Shown piece after piece: positions 25,053 through 37,878 of a stretch of 64,000 nt of DNA (position 1 is its first letter; each line of letters opens with the position of its first letter). A program made the translations under genes and the position numbers. The stretch comes from Squalus acanthias (Eukaryota). The stretch lies in assembly GCA_030390025.1 (NCBI GenBank), contig CM059433.1, positions 16,060,001 to 16,124,000 on the forward strand, read 5' to 3'. The notes below the pieces were generated by a model. It was not told where the DNA came from and did not search any database. It saw only the letters and a list, made by a program, of their open reading frames with translations.

Positions 25053-26399
25053 TTCCACTGATACTGACAATAAGCAATTCGTTAGCCTGTTTCAGTAATC
25101 ATTAAACACTTCACATCCATTGTGCTGGGATCTCCCTGGTCCTGGGAGCATGGCAGGGGCTATCTGGCATAGGCCTTCCCTCTGGTTGTGAACACAGGGA
25201 TATAAAATAAGGACGGAAACACACACACTGATAGTTGGGTTTTTAAACAGAAGGTTGTTAGGGGAGGTCTTCTCCCAGACCCAAAAGGTTAAGATGCAAG
25301 AGGATAGCTAGAAGTGACTATTTTTTAGGTCAAGCAAGATTACCCACAAATGTGTGAAAGCATAGCATGTCCTTTATTTTGTATTATTACGTGAAGATAA
25401 ATTATACTGATTAAATGAAATAAGTCTGATCATAACTGTGCTCTGTATGTTCACTTGTCTGAGAAATAAAACTGCTTAATGTTTTGTTTTAGCCTCACCT
25501 CACTAAAGTGTAAAACGGTCCACCTACTGAAAGATTGGAGAAGCGCACATGAGGACACACGTGAAAGACATGCTATCCAGTTCATATGTCAAGGGGGACA
25601 TATTGGTACACCCCTTGGGTTCTGCTATCATATAAGTAGGTATCAGGCAGTATTAGTCAGCGTAAGAATACTCTTAAAAAAAAAGTAACTTTTAAATTCC
25701 AAATTCTGATCACGTAGCTGTTTTGAGCATGGCACCATGGCATGGGAGAACCGCATCGTGGCTGTGCTGTGCCAAGTCAGCCAAATCTGGACCTCAACTC
25801 CACCCAATCCTAGAGCCTTAGCTCAGTCCCTGTAGATTCCCAATTTCTCAAGTTGTCCCATACTCCAGTAATGTCCAGTACTGCTGGACCCAGTACCCTG
25901 GAGTGCTGCTTGACCCCAGGCCCTCCCCACTTCAGAGCTGCCAGATTCCAGGAATTCCTCAGAGAGTCAAATTCCACCCCCTCACCCAACCCAGTTCTGG
26001 CAACCCCTAGAATTCCCCCTCAGATCTGCAAAAAGCACACGGCCCCCACCACAGTGCTAATAAACCTCAGGACCACCCCTTCCACACGGCTAAATGCCAA
26101 GTACTACCTCCAACATTGTATATCTTGCCCCACATCTTGCAGATACACTAGCCTTGGCCTTGCAGCGCCCCACTGATCCACAGCAAAATGTTCTCCAGCA
26201 CAGTGGTAGCAGTGAAGTATGGCTGGGCCATGAGAGGGATGATGCCGAAAGGGGTCATGAAAGTGGGAGCTCCACTCAAAGCATTTCCACTTCTCACCCG
26301 TTGCGCCCCCTGCCCCCAGTCAGTACCTGGCACGCTGTCTCGTGCCCCAGTGGCCGAGTCTGCTCCGTACAGGTGCAGGTGGAGCAGTCTTTGGCTCCC

Positions 26400-28161
26400 A
26401 CCTATTTCTCATCAACACGTTGCCCCTCGGTGACAGCATCTGAAAACACAGCATTAGTTTCCACATGTACACTGACGACACCCAGCTCTACCTCACCGTG
26501 ACTTCTCTCGACCCCTCCACAGTCTCTAAATTGTCCGACTGCTTGTCTGACATGCAGTACTGGATGAGCAAAAATTTCCTCCAACTAAATATAGGGAAGA
26601 CCAAAGCCATTGGGCTGGACTTTCATTGACCCGTGGAGGCGGGTTTGGAGGCGTGTGGGGGGTTAAAATTGTGAAAACTGGCGGACGGGCACAAGTCCAC
26701 CTCCATCCCGCCTCCACGCAATTTTCATTAAATCGTGTCTGCTGATCCCGACTCCGTCCCGCCTTTAAGAGACGGGATAGGCTGTTAAGGCCCTTAACAA
26801 GCACTAAATTGGCTCTATAATGCCATTTTGAAAGGCCTTTGTGATTTTAACCCTTGATCTATGTGAAGCACGCCTGGTCTGAACCACGATTGTGAAACCT
26901 GGTGGGAGCACATTTGGATAGCTGACTATCAGCTGCAGGTCCACTATTACAACGGAGATGTGATGAAGGTAGTAGTAGTATTAGGTCTGAAAGTCACCTC
27001 TGATGCTGCTGTATTGAAGGTCTTCACAGACTGCCTGGCCTTTGCTGTGAAAGGACCTGGATGCAAAAAAAATTCTCTCTCTCTCTCTCTCCTTAGAGCT
27101 GCTGCTCATTTTGCAACCAGGTCCTCTCACAGCAAAAGCCAGGCCGTCTCTGACCTGCAATGCAGCAGCAATGATGACATCATCAGAGGCGACTTTCAGA
27201 CTGAAACCACTAATTGGTTCATGGGTTCCCACATGCTGGAACTCAATTGCCCAATTAGGTGAAAATTGCATCAATCTCCCACATCCAATTGCAGTCGGGT
27301 GGATAACACGAAATGCGGATGACACGACCCCAACCCGCCCCAGTATCAAAATCCAGCCCATTGTCTTCGGTCCCCGCCACAAACTACATTCCCTAGCCAC
27401 TGACTACTTCCCTGTCTGAGGCTGAACCAAACTTCGCAACCTTGGTGTCATATTTGACCCGAAATGAGCTTCCAACCACATATCCGCGCCATCACCAAGA
27501 CCGCCTATTTCCACCTCCGGAACATCTCACAACTCGCCCCGCCTCAGCTCATCTGTTGTTGAATCTCTCATCCATGCCTTTGTTACCTCTTGACTTGACT
27601 ATTCTAACGCACTTCTGGCTGGCCTCCCACATTCTACCCTTCATAAACTTGAGTTCATCCAAAACTCTGCTGCCCGTGTCCTAACTCGCACCAAGTCCCG
27701 TTCGCCCATCACCCCTGTGCTCACTGACCTACATTGGCTACGAGTTAAGCAACACCTCAATTTTAAAATTCTCATCCTTGTTTACAAATGCATCTATGGC
27801 CTCGCCCCTCCCTATCTCTGTAATCTCCCCCAAAACCCTCCGAGCTATCTACGCTCCTCTAATTCTGACTTCTTGAGCATCCCTGATTTTAATCGCTCAA
27901 CCTTTGGTGGCCGTGCCTTCAGCTGCCAAGGCCCTAAGCTCTGGAATTCCCTCTCTAAGCCTCACTGCCTCTCTACCTCTCTTTCCTCCTTTAAGACACT
28001 CCTTAAAACCTACCTCTTTGACCAAGCTTTTAGTAATCTGCCCTACTATCTTCTTATGGGGCTCAGTGTACAATTTTGTTTTATAACACTCCTGTGAAGT
28101 TCCTTGGGACGTTTTACTACGTTAAAGGCACTATATGAATACAAGTTGTTGTTGTTGTTAC
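26400..28161 (+). mobile_element. L2 3' fragment, interrupted by a MITE at 26612-27359
   Basis: HMYTDDTQLY, LHWLRV and KLWNSL motifs; (GTT)n tail. Confidence 0.9.
26612..27359. mobile_element. Harbinger-type MITE, 748 bp
   Basis: TIRs GGGCTGGACTTT and AAAATCCAGCCC. TSD ATT at 26609-26611 and 27360-27362. L2 sequence AAGCCATTGTCTTCGG is restored on removal. Confidence 0.85.
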
Positions 28162-28447
28162 TATAGATTGTGAATAGCTGAAGTCCAAGCACTGATCCTT
28201 GCGGTACCCCACTTGTTACAGCCTGCCAACCCGAAAATGACCCATTTATTCCTAGTCTCTGTTTTCTATCCATTAACCAATCCTCAATCCATGCTAATAT
28301 ATTACCCCCAATCCCATGAGCCCTAATTTTGTGCAATAACCTCTAATGTGGCACCTTATCAAATGCTTTTTGAAAATCTAAATACACTACATCCACTGGT
28401 TCCCTCTTATCTACCCTGCTAGTTACAACCTCAAAAAACTCGAACAG
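28162..28447 (-). mobile_element. CR1 fragment E, resuming at 35236-35283
   Basis: RT region (HGIGGNILAWIEDWL...GVPQGSVLG). AAAACTCGAACAG joins ATTTGTCAAGCACGATTTCCC after 35235. Confidence 0.85.
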
Positions 28448-29462
28448 GGAAAATCATGTTTGACTAACTTAGATAGGATTATATGGGATATACAGCACAG
28501 AAACAGGCCATTCGGCCCAACCAGTTGATGCCGGCGTTTATGCTCCACTCGAGCCTCCTCCCGTCTTTCCTCAGCTCAGCATAACACTCTATTCCCTTCT
28601 CCCTCATATGCTTATCTAGCCTCCCTTTAAATGCATCTGTACTATTCACTTCAGCCACTCCCTCTGGTAGCAAGTTCCACATTCTCAATTTCTCTCTGGG
28701 TAAAGAAGTTCCTTCTGAATTCCCTATTTGATTTCTTGGTGATTATCTTGATGGCCTCTAGTTTTGCTCTTCTCCACAAATGGAAACACTCTATCTGTGT
28801 CTACTCTATCAAAATCTTTCATAATTTTAAAGACCTTAATTGAGTTTTTTGTTGAGGTAACAGAGAGGGTGGATGAGGGCAGTGCAGTTGATGTTGTGTA
28901 TATGGACTTTCAAAAGGAGTTTGATAAAGTACCACAAACTAGGCTTGTTAGCAAAATTGAAGCCCATGGGATAAAAGGGGCAGTAGCAGCATGGATACAA
29001 AATTGGCTAAGGGATAGAGAACAGAGAGTTGTGGTGAATGGCTGTTTTTTGGACTGGAGGGAGTTATACAGTGACGTTCCCCAAGGTTCAGTACTAGGAC
29101 CACTGCTGTTTTTGATATACATTAATGACATGGACTTGGGTGTACACGGCACAATTTCAAAACTTGCAGTTGTCATGAAACTTGGAAGTGTAGTAAACAG
29201 TGAGACTTCAAGAAGACATAAACAGGCTGGAGGAATGGGCAGACACATGGCAGATGAAATTCACCGCAGAGAAGTGTGAGGTGATACATTTTGGTAGGAA
29301 GAATGAGGAGAGACCATACACATTAAATGGTACAATTTTAAAGGGGGTGCAAGAACAGAGAGACCTGGGGGTACTCAAGCACAAATCGTTGAAGGTGGCA
29401 GACAGGTTAACAAAGCAGTTAATAAAGCAAATGGGATTCTGGGCTTTATAAATAGAGGCATA
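28448..29462 (+). mobile_element. CR1 copy D, 5' part; contains an antisense CR1 3' fragment at about 28472-28834
   Basis: GKSCLTN|LIEFF... RT motifs. CTTA is duplicated around the inner fragment. Confidence 0.88.
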
Positions 29463-29995
29463 GGCCGGAATTTTCCCATTGCCGAACGTGCGGGTTTAGG
29501 GGTGGATCGGCAGTTAAAAGCGCGGAAATTGACCGCGTCAGGAACCTGCTGTCATTCCGCCGACTTCCGCCTTTAACTCGGGCGCGTTTCAAGACACAAG
29601 TCCTGCTCGGGAGATGTGGGCGACCTCATTGAGGTACTCAACTGCTCATTGAGAGACCCTTAATTGCCTTTTTAACATCCGGTTTGGGCTTTAACTTGTT
29701 GCGCATGGGACTCACGCACCTCGGGAACCTCGCCTGTGAAGGGGAGGCGGAGCTGAGTGGCCATTGTGCGAGTCTATTAAGTGACAGCTGGAAAAAACAC
29801 ATAAATACTCCCACATTGCACCTGCTTCCTTGCCTAATGGAAAGGCTCTTGCTGACTCCATTTCGTGCAGAGATTTAGCTGTCAGCAGTTTGCAGGTCAT
29901 TTCTGCAACCTCAGAAGCCATATTGCTAGTCACTATCAGAACATTGAAGGATTGTGCCTCTGATCTCCACTTTACCTGCCATCTATTAGATCAGC

Positions 29996-31230
29996 ATGGG
30001 TGCCGCTTATGCTGTCTCACCTTGGACTTCAGAATCAGACCAAGCTGATCCCCAGCACCACCAACACCAGCCACACCAGCAGCAGCAGCCACAACACCAG
30101 CAGCAGCGGCAGCAACCACAACAGCAGCCTTCTCCTCAACGACCTGATGCTCCACAGGAGAGAGGAGATCAGCACAGGGCTGCAGCGCGCCGGAGGCGAT
30201 ACCCCCAACACAGGGTATACAGGCAGAGGATGAGCCTCCTCGACATGACTGAGCAGCAGTGCTTCAGGAGGCTCAGGCTATCGCGCCAGGTCGTCGCAGA
30301 CATTTGTAGCTTGCTGGAACAAGACCTGCTGCCCAGAGGACCTGGTGAACACGCCTTACCAGTGGCTGTCAAAGTCACCACCGCCCTCAACCTCTTCACC
30401 TCAGGCTCCTTCAGGGATCTGCAGCAGACATCTCGCAGTCAGCCGCCCAAAGATGCATCACCCAGTTGACCGATGCCATGTTTCGCAAGTCAGCCAATTA
30501 TGTAAACTTTGCCACTGATGAAGCCAGTGTTACTGAGTGGACACTTGGCTTTGCGGCTCTGACTGGCTTCCCACAGGTGCAGGGCGTCATCGACTGCACA
30601 ATTGTGGCCATCAAGGTACCCTCAGATCACCCAGGAGTGTTTGTGAACCGCAAGAGCTTCCACTCCCTCAAAGTGCAGCTCGTCTGCCACCATAGTAAGA
30701 TCATCATGCATGTGTGCGCCAGATTCCCTGGCAGCTGTCATGACTCTTTCATCCTGCGCCAGTCCACCCTCCCTCAGCTCTTCGCACCTCCAAACAGACT
30801 TATCAGCTGACTGCTTGGAGACAAGGGCTATCCACTGAAGACGTGACTGATGACACCCTTGAGGAGGCCTAGCAATGAGGTCGAGGAGCGTTATAATGAG
30901 AGCCACATGTCTGCCAGATGTGTCATAGAGCCAGCAATCGGCATGATGACGATGCGCTTCAGATGCCTTGACAGATCTGGAGGAGCCCGTCAATACACAC
31001 CAGCCAGGGTCTCCAGAAACATCGTCGTATGCTGCCCGCTGCACAACATAGCGCAGCAACGAGGATTGGAGCTGCAGGAGGAGCAAGGCGCACAGCACGC
31101 AGCCTCTTCGGAGGAACAGGTGGAACACGAGGAGGAGGAGGATGAACCTGAGGTGGAGATGGCACCAGCAGCGGTGCACATTTCTGCCTGGGAGGCCCAG
31201 GATGGCCCCATAATGGCCAGATTTACTTAA
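29996..31230 (+). pseudogene. Harbinger DDE transposase (HARBI1-like family), with frameshift and stops
   Basis: [46 protein letters not shown]...RCVIE..IG, RFRCL and CCPLHN. Frameshift near 30410-30466; stops at about 30808 and 30844. Confidence 0.92.
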
Positions 31231-31523
31231 CTTGCACCAGGTGCACCCATATGGCTCCCAGATGCTGTACTAACTACCCACCCAACAACACCACAAAGCA
31301 GTCCTACAATGACCAAGCCATTCCTGTCCCCCAAACTGCCATTGCTCGAGGTTAAGTAATGTCTCATCATTCACTCCAAGTGACAAGGCCACTTCCCAGG
31401 TAGCAGGCAAAAATAGACTAGATGGGAAAATTGTGCAAAGAAATAAATTTATGTGCGTCATAAATAGAACTGAAACTTAACATTAACATTTTTTCATACA
31501 CCCATGTGCATATCCTTGTGCAT

Positions 31524-34348
31524 CTAGGATTGTGTCTTTTTTCGTTTACACGTGCTTCTATGAGGTGCAACCCCTGTGGCTTCAGCAGAGGTAGAGGCAG
31601 GCTGCTCACTTCCCTGCTGTGCCTGCTTAGACACTTTTGGTGGACGTCCTCTGGGTTTTGGAGCCTGTGAGGGCCCCGCCAAAGACTGGTCCTCCTGCAA
31701 CTGTGCAGGGTCAGACTTGGCCATCGAGATCCGAGACAGCAAGTGGGGCTCTGACTGAGCGGTAGGCAATGGGGGAGAAGTGGGAGCGCTTTGAGAAGAG
31801 CTAATTCAATGTCCCCTCTCACCATCATCCCTCTCATGAGCCACCCGCACTTCCCTGCTAGCAAGGAGCTGGAGAGGTGCGATGTAGGCCCAAGTCTACG
31901 TTAGTATCCCTCCTCGAGCTGAGGGCAATGAGCGTCTACAATCTGTTGTTCACAGTAAGCATGTTATGTGAGGACTAGCGCATTTGCTGCTCCATGCAGG
32001 TGGCTATCCTTTCCAAGGAACAGCACATCGTCACCATCACCTGTGAGATGGTGGTGCTCATGTTGGAGATTGACTCTTCCATTCTCTGTACAGTTGCACA
32101 CATCGCAGCTGCAAAAGCTACCAGAGCATCATGCAATTGTTGCTGCCCCTCCAGGATCACCCTCCTTCTCGATGGCCCCCGAGGCTCAGCGTCTGCATGC
32201 AGCTCAGCAGAGCTTGGAGTGTCCTGAGCCCTCCGGCGAGGACTCTCCGCTGCTGTCCCTGTCTCCACCATCTGCTCTTGCTCACTTGAGATGTGTGAGA
32301 AAGCAGGTAGCAACACTACTCTATCTCTCACAGGACCCACCGAGGTGTGTGTATCTGTGCTGGTTCTGGGTGCGCATGGGTCTGCTGATGGTGCACCCTC
32401 AGAGACTGGAGCTTCCTGTGAGTCGTCTTCCTCCTCCAGCTAGACAGTGGGGCAGGCTCTTGATGGACCTGGGGAGAGTAGAGAGATGAATTAGAAGTGT
32501 TTTGATAAGAATGGGTAACGTTACCATTATGCACATGATGACATTTCACTGGCTGCTGACATCAGTCACCATATGAGTGACTGTTGTATGTTATGTGGCT
32601 GTATGAGATTTAATTCTGTCACCAGGTTGCTCAGAGGTCCCTGTCTCTCCATCTTCCACCGCCTGCAACTCTGCAACTCCAGAGATTTCTAGGGCCTCCT
32701 CCTCTGCTGGAGTCAAATTTGTGATTATTGGAGGGTCACCTCCGGTTCTCTGCCTCTCCCTGTTGTTGTGGGCTCTCTTCTCCTGCAAGGAGGGAAAGAA
32801 GAGAACTTTGAGTGAGAGTGATGGAATGAGTGTAAGGAATAGATGGGCTACATCTGTAGAGGGTGACTATGAGGGAGTGGTCTGAAATTACCAAATGGCC
32901 TCCTTCTGTTGTATTACTTACTATGATTGCATTAGGATAAGGGTGAGTGTCAGTGGTTGTTAGTTAGATGGGGATGTGAGTAGGCGCATAGACAGAGAGG
33001 GATGGGTGCACCTGCAAATGAGGTTGGTGTGAGGAGTGATGTGCATGAGTAGGCTTGGGAAGGCAGAGTGATGGGGTTGGGGTGGCAATTTATGTGTTCA
33101 CAATTTATATTAATGATTTAGACTTTGGAGTCAAAAACACAATTTCTAAATTTGCAGATTTGGGGGGGATAGTCAATACTGGGGAGGACTGCAACAAATT
33201 ACAAGATGAGATTAATAAACTTGAAGAATGGGCATATAATTGGCAAATGAAATTCAACACAGATAAATGTGGGGTATTACATTTTGGTAAAAATAGGGAG
33301 GTCACATATTACTTGGAAAATATGAATCTAAGTGGGGTAGAAGAGCAAAGGGATCTCGGAGTACAAATAGACAAATCACTAAAAGTATCGACACAGATTA
33401 ACAAGGATATTAAAATAAGCAAACCAAGCACTAGGGTTTATTTCTAGAGGGATTGAATTGAAAAGTAGAGAAGTTATGCTAAACTTGTATTGAACATTGG
33501 TTAGACCACACTTAGAGTACTGTGTACAATTCTGGTCGCCATATTATAAAAAGGATATAGAGGCACTGGAGTGGGTGCAGAAAAGATTTACAAGGATGAT
33601 ACCAGAAATGCGAGGGTATACCTATCAGGAAAGGATGAACAGGCTGGGTCTCTTTTCTCTTGAAAAGAGAAGGCTGAGGGGTGACCTAATAGAGGTCTTT
33701 AAAATTATGAAAGGTTTTGATAGAGTAGATACAGAGAGAGTGTTTCCACTTGTGGGAAGAGCAAAACTAAAGGCCATCAATATAAGATAGTCACCAAGAA
33801 ATCAAATAGGGAATTCAGAAGGAACTTCTTTACCCAGAGAGTGGTGAGAATGTGGAACTCGCTACCACAGGGAGTGGTTGAAGCGAATTGTATAGATGCA
33901 TTTAAGGGGAGGCTAGATAAGCATATGAGGAAGAAGGGAATAGAGGGTTATGCTGATAGAGTTAGATGAGAAAGACGGGAGGAGACTTGAGTGAAGCATA
34001 AATGCCAGCATGGACTGGTTGGGCCGAATGGCCTGTTTCTGTGCCGTAATCCTATGTAATTCTATGACATGCACATCAGGATGTAGGTAAATGTGGCATT
34101 GCACTCACCTTTCCTGACCTCATGAGATCATTGAATCTTTTGTGGCACAGGATCCACATCCTCCTCACCACAGCCCTACTGCTGACCTCCTCTACGATCT
34201 CTAGCCATGCCCTCTTAGTGTCTCTGGCTGGTCTTTCTCGGCCATCCGCAGGGAAGGTGACCTCCCTGCGTGCTCTTACTCCCTGGACCAGCACTTCCAG
34301 GGAGGCATCTGGGAATCTTGGCACAGCCTTCTGTCTGTGTGTCTCCAT
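31524..34348 (-). pseudogene. Harbinger Myb/SANT-like DNA-binding gene; predicted exons 34348-34109, 32782-32623 and 32468 to about 31524
   Basis: PRFPDASLEVLV...AWLEIVEEV...CHKRFNDL, then EKRAHNNRERQRTGG. GT/AG sites keep frame (240 and 160 nt exons). Stops and frameshifts in exon 3. Confidence 0.85.
33096..34067 (+). mobile_element. CR1 3' fragment F inside intron 1 of the Harbinger Myb gene
   Basis: FTIYINDLD, VRPHLEYCVQFWSP, 3' UTR and TATGTAATTCTATG tail. Confidence 0.92.
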
Positions 34349-34639
34349 GACCCACAGAATTCTCAATCTTATGCAGCAATTTGTAACTCTTCAAACCACC
34401 TTGAACACTCCTACAGCAACCTTCAATGAGATGTGTGCAAGACTGCTTTAAATATCTGTGCTGAAAACGAGGCATCGGTGACGTCATCAGACCCACTCCA
34501 TTTAATTGGGCTGGGAAACCCGCATGACTCATTCAATTGGTGCAATTGAGTTAAACGCGCAGTGAAGAACACGCTGTTGAAATCTTTGGGATGGCGACCC
34601 GCACGCACCCGACCCGACTCTAAGGTAACGATTCTGGCC

Positions 34640-35235
34640 ATAGAGTACAAAAGCCAGGAAGTTATGCTAAACCTATATAAAACACTCGTTTGGTCCCAGC
34701 TGGAGTATTGTGTCCAATTCTGGGCACCACACTTTAGGAAGGACGTGAAGGTTTTGGAGAGCGTACAGAAGATATTTACTAGAATGGTTCCAGGGATGAG
34801 ATAATACATTTACGTGGATAGACTAGAGAAGCTGGGGTTGTTCTCCTTGGACCAGAGAAGGCTAAGAGGAGATTTGATAGAGGTGTTTAAAATCATGAAG
34901 GGTTTAGATAGAGTAAATAAAGAGAAACTGTTTCCAATGGTTGAAGGGTCGATAACGAGAGGGTGATTGGCAAAAGAACCAGAGGTGACAGGAGGAATAA
35001 CATTTTTATGCAACGAGTGGTTAGGATTTGGAATGCACTGCCTGATAGGGTGGTGGATACAAAGTCAATAGTAGCCTTCAAAAGGGAATTGAATAAATAT
35101 TTGAAGGAGAAAAAATTGCAGGGATATGGGAGAGAGCGGGGGAGTGGGACTAACAGGATTGCTCTTCAAAAGAGCCAGCGCAGACTTGATGGGCTGAATG
35201 GCCTCCTTCTGGCTGTACTATTCCATGATTCTATG
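34640..35235 (+). mobile_element. CR1 copy D, 3' part
   Basis: IEYKSQEVMLNLYK..., 3' UTR and CCATGATTCTATG tail. Confidence 0.9.
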
Positions 35236-35718
35236 ATTTGTCAAGCACGATTTCCCTTTCATAAATCCGTATTGACTCTGCCCTGTAAAAAAAACTGCAT
35301 ATTGTTTGTTACCTATAGCTATATTAATATTTAAATTCTTATATCTATGCATACTTCCTGCTACATAACCTGTTGTCATAGTTTTGTCACATTCTTGTCA
35401 ACTTTTCTATTATAAATTCCTATGTCCATATTTCTAATGAACACTGCCCATGTAAACGTGTCACTCTGTAATTACACCTAGGCCACCAGGGGTGGCGCTG
35501 TAGTGCCTCAGTTTTGCATATCCCAGTTCCTCAACCTGTACTGCAGAAAAACTCCTAAGGTTCAACCAACTATTTCTCTGCTTCTCCAATTGCAGTAAGC
35601 TTTGCTAGCTAACTAAATAATAATTAAAAAATAAAAATATTATATAAAAATAAGGACTGAATGTATGACTTTAAATTAGCCTCTGCCTTGTAGTCCTGGT
35701 TCACCTGAATACTATATT

Positions 35719-35952
35719 TAGAAACATAGAAAAATAGGAGCAGGAGTAGGCCATTCGGCCCTTCGAGCCTGCTCCGCCATTCAATATGATCATGGCTGAT
35801 CCTCTAACTCAATACCATATTCCCGCTCTCTCCCCATACCCCTTGATGCCTTCTGTGTCTAGAAATCTATCTATCTCCTTCTTAAATATATTCAGTGACT
35901 TGGCCTCCACAGCCTTCTGTGGTAGAGAATTCCACAGGTTCTCCTCATCTCA
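35719..35952 (-). mobile_element. CR1 3' end fragment
   Basis: AGAAACATAGAAAAATAGGAGCAGGAGTAGGCCATTCGG. Confidence 0.9.
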
Positions 35953-36629
35953 GTCTGACACACAAAAGCATTGTACTCCCCAGTGCTAACATCTCTCTCT
36001 TTGAGAAGTAAAACATTCACAAAACAAATAATAAAAAGCGACAAATTCAACAATTGTTTAAATAGAACATGCTGATATAATTTGACAATAAATCTAAAAT
36101 TATTGTGTACTAATGTGGATACTGATAACCTTTTGTTCAAACGGACTTTATAACTTCAATTTATTATATTCATTAACGATCTGGAGGAGGGCATAGATTG
36201 TACAGTAAATTAAATCCACAGACGATACCAAATTGTGCAGTAGAATCAGGACCTTAAACGAGGGAAGTAGATTGGAAAGGGATCGAGAGAGACTGCGAAA
36301 GTTAGCCCAAGGCAGGCTTCACTGAACACCAAAGTTTCCACACACTTAGATTTGAAAGGGCACGCATGTGGCAAAGACAGAGAGAGCACTTAACTTTTCC
36401 ATCTATGATATTTATCGTGCAAGCGCCCCTCTCTTTTTCACTGGCTCGTTCTCCTTCGCTTCCTCTGTCAGGCACAGCTGTTAGCTGGGTGTCATTAAAA
36501 TAATTATCTTATTCAGCCACAAGGATATTTCCATATGGACAGGCCAAACTTTGCCAGCTAGACTACCGAAGCAGACTGTACTATTCAAATAATTGGCATT
36601 TTCTGAGGTAAACCAAATTTACACTTAAT

Positions 36630-37390
36630 GGGCCAGAAATTCGGCTCCGTGGCTTCCCGCGGGTGCAAGGATCGCGCGCGCACCTACCTACCGCGCCTGC
36701 CGTTGACCTCTGGGCCCACGGGGACTTCGGCTCCTGGGCCTCCTGCAGCTGCCGGCGCGCAGTGCTTGTGTATCCCAGGGGCGTAGTTAGTGCGATGCGT
36801 CCCCTGGGATCACGTGGGCCATGGAGAGCCAATGGCAGCAGACCATCTTTCATTCATAGATTTGACAGGAGACCTGTCAAATCTATGAATACAGATCGGC
36901 CCCAAAACATCCCTAAAACTACAAATAATTTTTTTTTTTAAATCACATTTTTAAAATAACTATAAATTACATTAATTAACTATTTTAAACAAAAATTTAA
37001 ATTTTAGAAAAAATGTATTACATTTTTTAACGGGGCTAAAACTAAACTTACCTTTCTTTAAAGTAATTAAAAAAGATAAATCTGTGAAAAAAATGTTTAA
37101 ATTTTAATAAAATCAACACTTACCTTGTTAAAAGGCCTTGCGCATCCTTTTTAAAAGTGTATCTTCTCCGTGCTTACCTTCATGGAGGAACCTGTAAAAA
37201 AATCCGAATTGCGAGGCGAACGCGCTGGCCCTCCGGCGTGCACGTTCGACCTCTGAACCCCTTTCCTCAGGGGAATGGAAGTGCCGGTTTCCCGCGCATG
37301 CGCAGTGCATGCAAGAAACCGGCACTTTCGTTCCGTCCACGGGTGAGTACACAGTGCGTACTCACCCGACAACAGCCGAACTTCTGCCCC
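36630..37390. mobile_element. Harbinger-type MITE, 761 bp, with CpG-rich arms and an AT-rich core
   Basis: TIRs GGGCCAGAAATTCGGCT and AGCCGAACTTCTGCCCC. TSD AAT at 36627-36629 and 37391-37393. Confidence 0.85.
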
Positions 37391-37878
37391 AATGCGTATT
37401 TCATAAATTTAAAGCATACAGACCATATTATGGCTTCCTGCTTTAACCATTTCAAACACATCTTTGAACAATATTTTGTTTTATCTTCTCGCTAGGTTTC
37501 CTTCATGGATGGAAATATAGGCGGAGATATTATTCCATGCCCGTTTTCTGGTGCAGAAGATGTGGGTGCCGTTAAGTAGAGAAAACGGGCCCCGTGCTTC
37601 ATTAATATTGGACAGGCAGACTGCTAGCCAGCACTACTCGCGCTGTTCGTTGGCAGCTCACCTAATCAGGGCCCTGAAAATACCGTATCCATGACGCTAT
37701 TTAAAGGCAGCCTGCGCCTATTTGGTCTCTCCCCCCCCAGCTGCAGGTCGGTCTGCTGCTTCTTCTTGCTGCTGTTTCTGCTCCTCTTCTTGTCAGACTA
37801 GGATTCCCAGAAGGACACTCATGAAGAAATAAGTGCAATGCCAGAAGTCCTTTAATGGTTCATAATGTTCCACAGTAA

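Larger units (their letters stand above)
29463..34639. mobile_element. Full-length but inactive PIF/Harbinger DNA transposon with two convergent genes
   Basis: TIRs GGCCGGAATT and CGATTCTGGCC. TSD ATA at 29460-29462 and 34640-34642. Host CR1 AATAGAGGCATAGAGTAC is restored on removal. Confidence 0.92.

Noticed and set aside
25853..26400. C-rich stretch with overlapping 80-135 aa ORFs
   Set aside because: No recognisable domain or convincing splice structure; probably old repeat sequence that I cannot assign.
28162..29462. Twin-priming 5' inversion of a single CR1
   Set aside because: The inverted and direct parts cover the same RT region and differ in sequence, and the minus-strand piece resumes at 35236.
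29996..34348. Domesticated HARBI1/NAIF1-type host genes
   Set aside because: Both genes have stops or frameshifts and lie between TIRs with a TSD inside a CR1.
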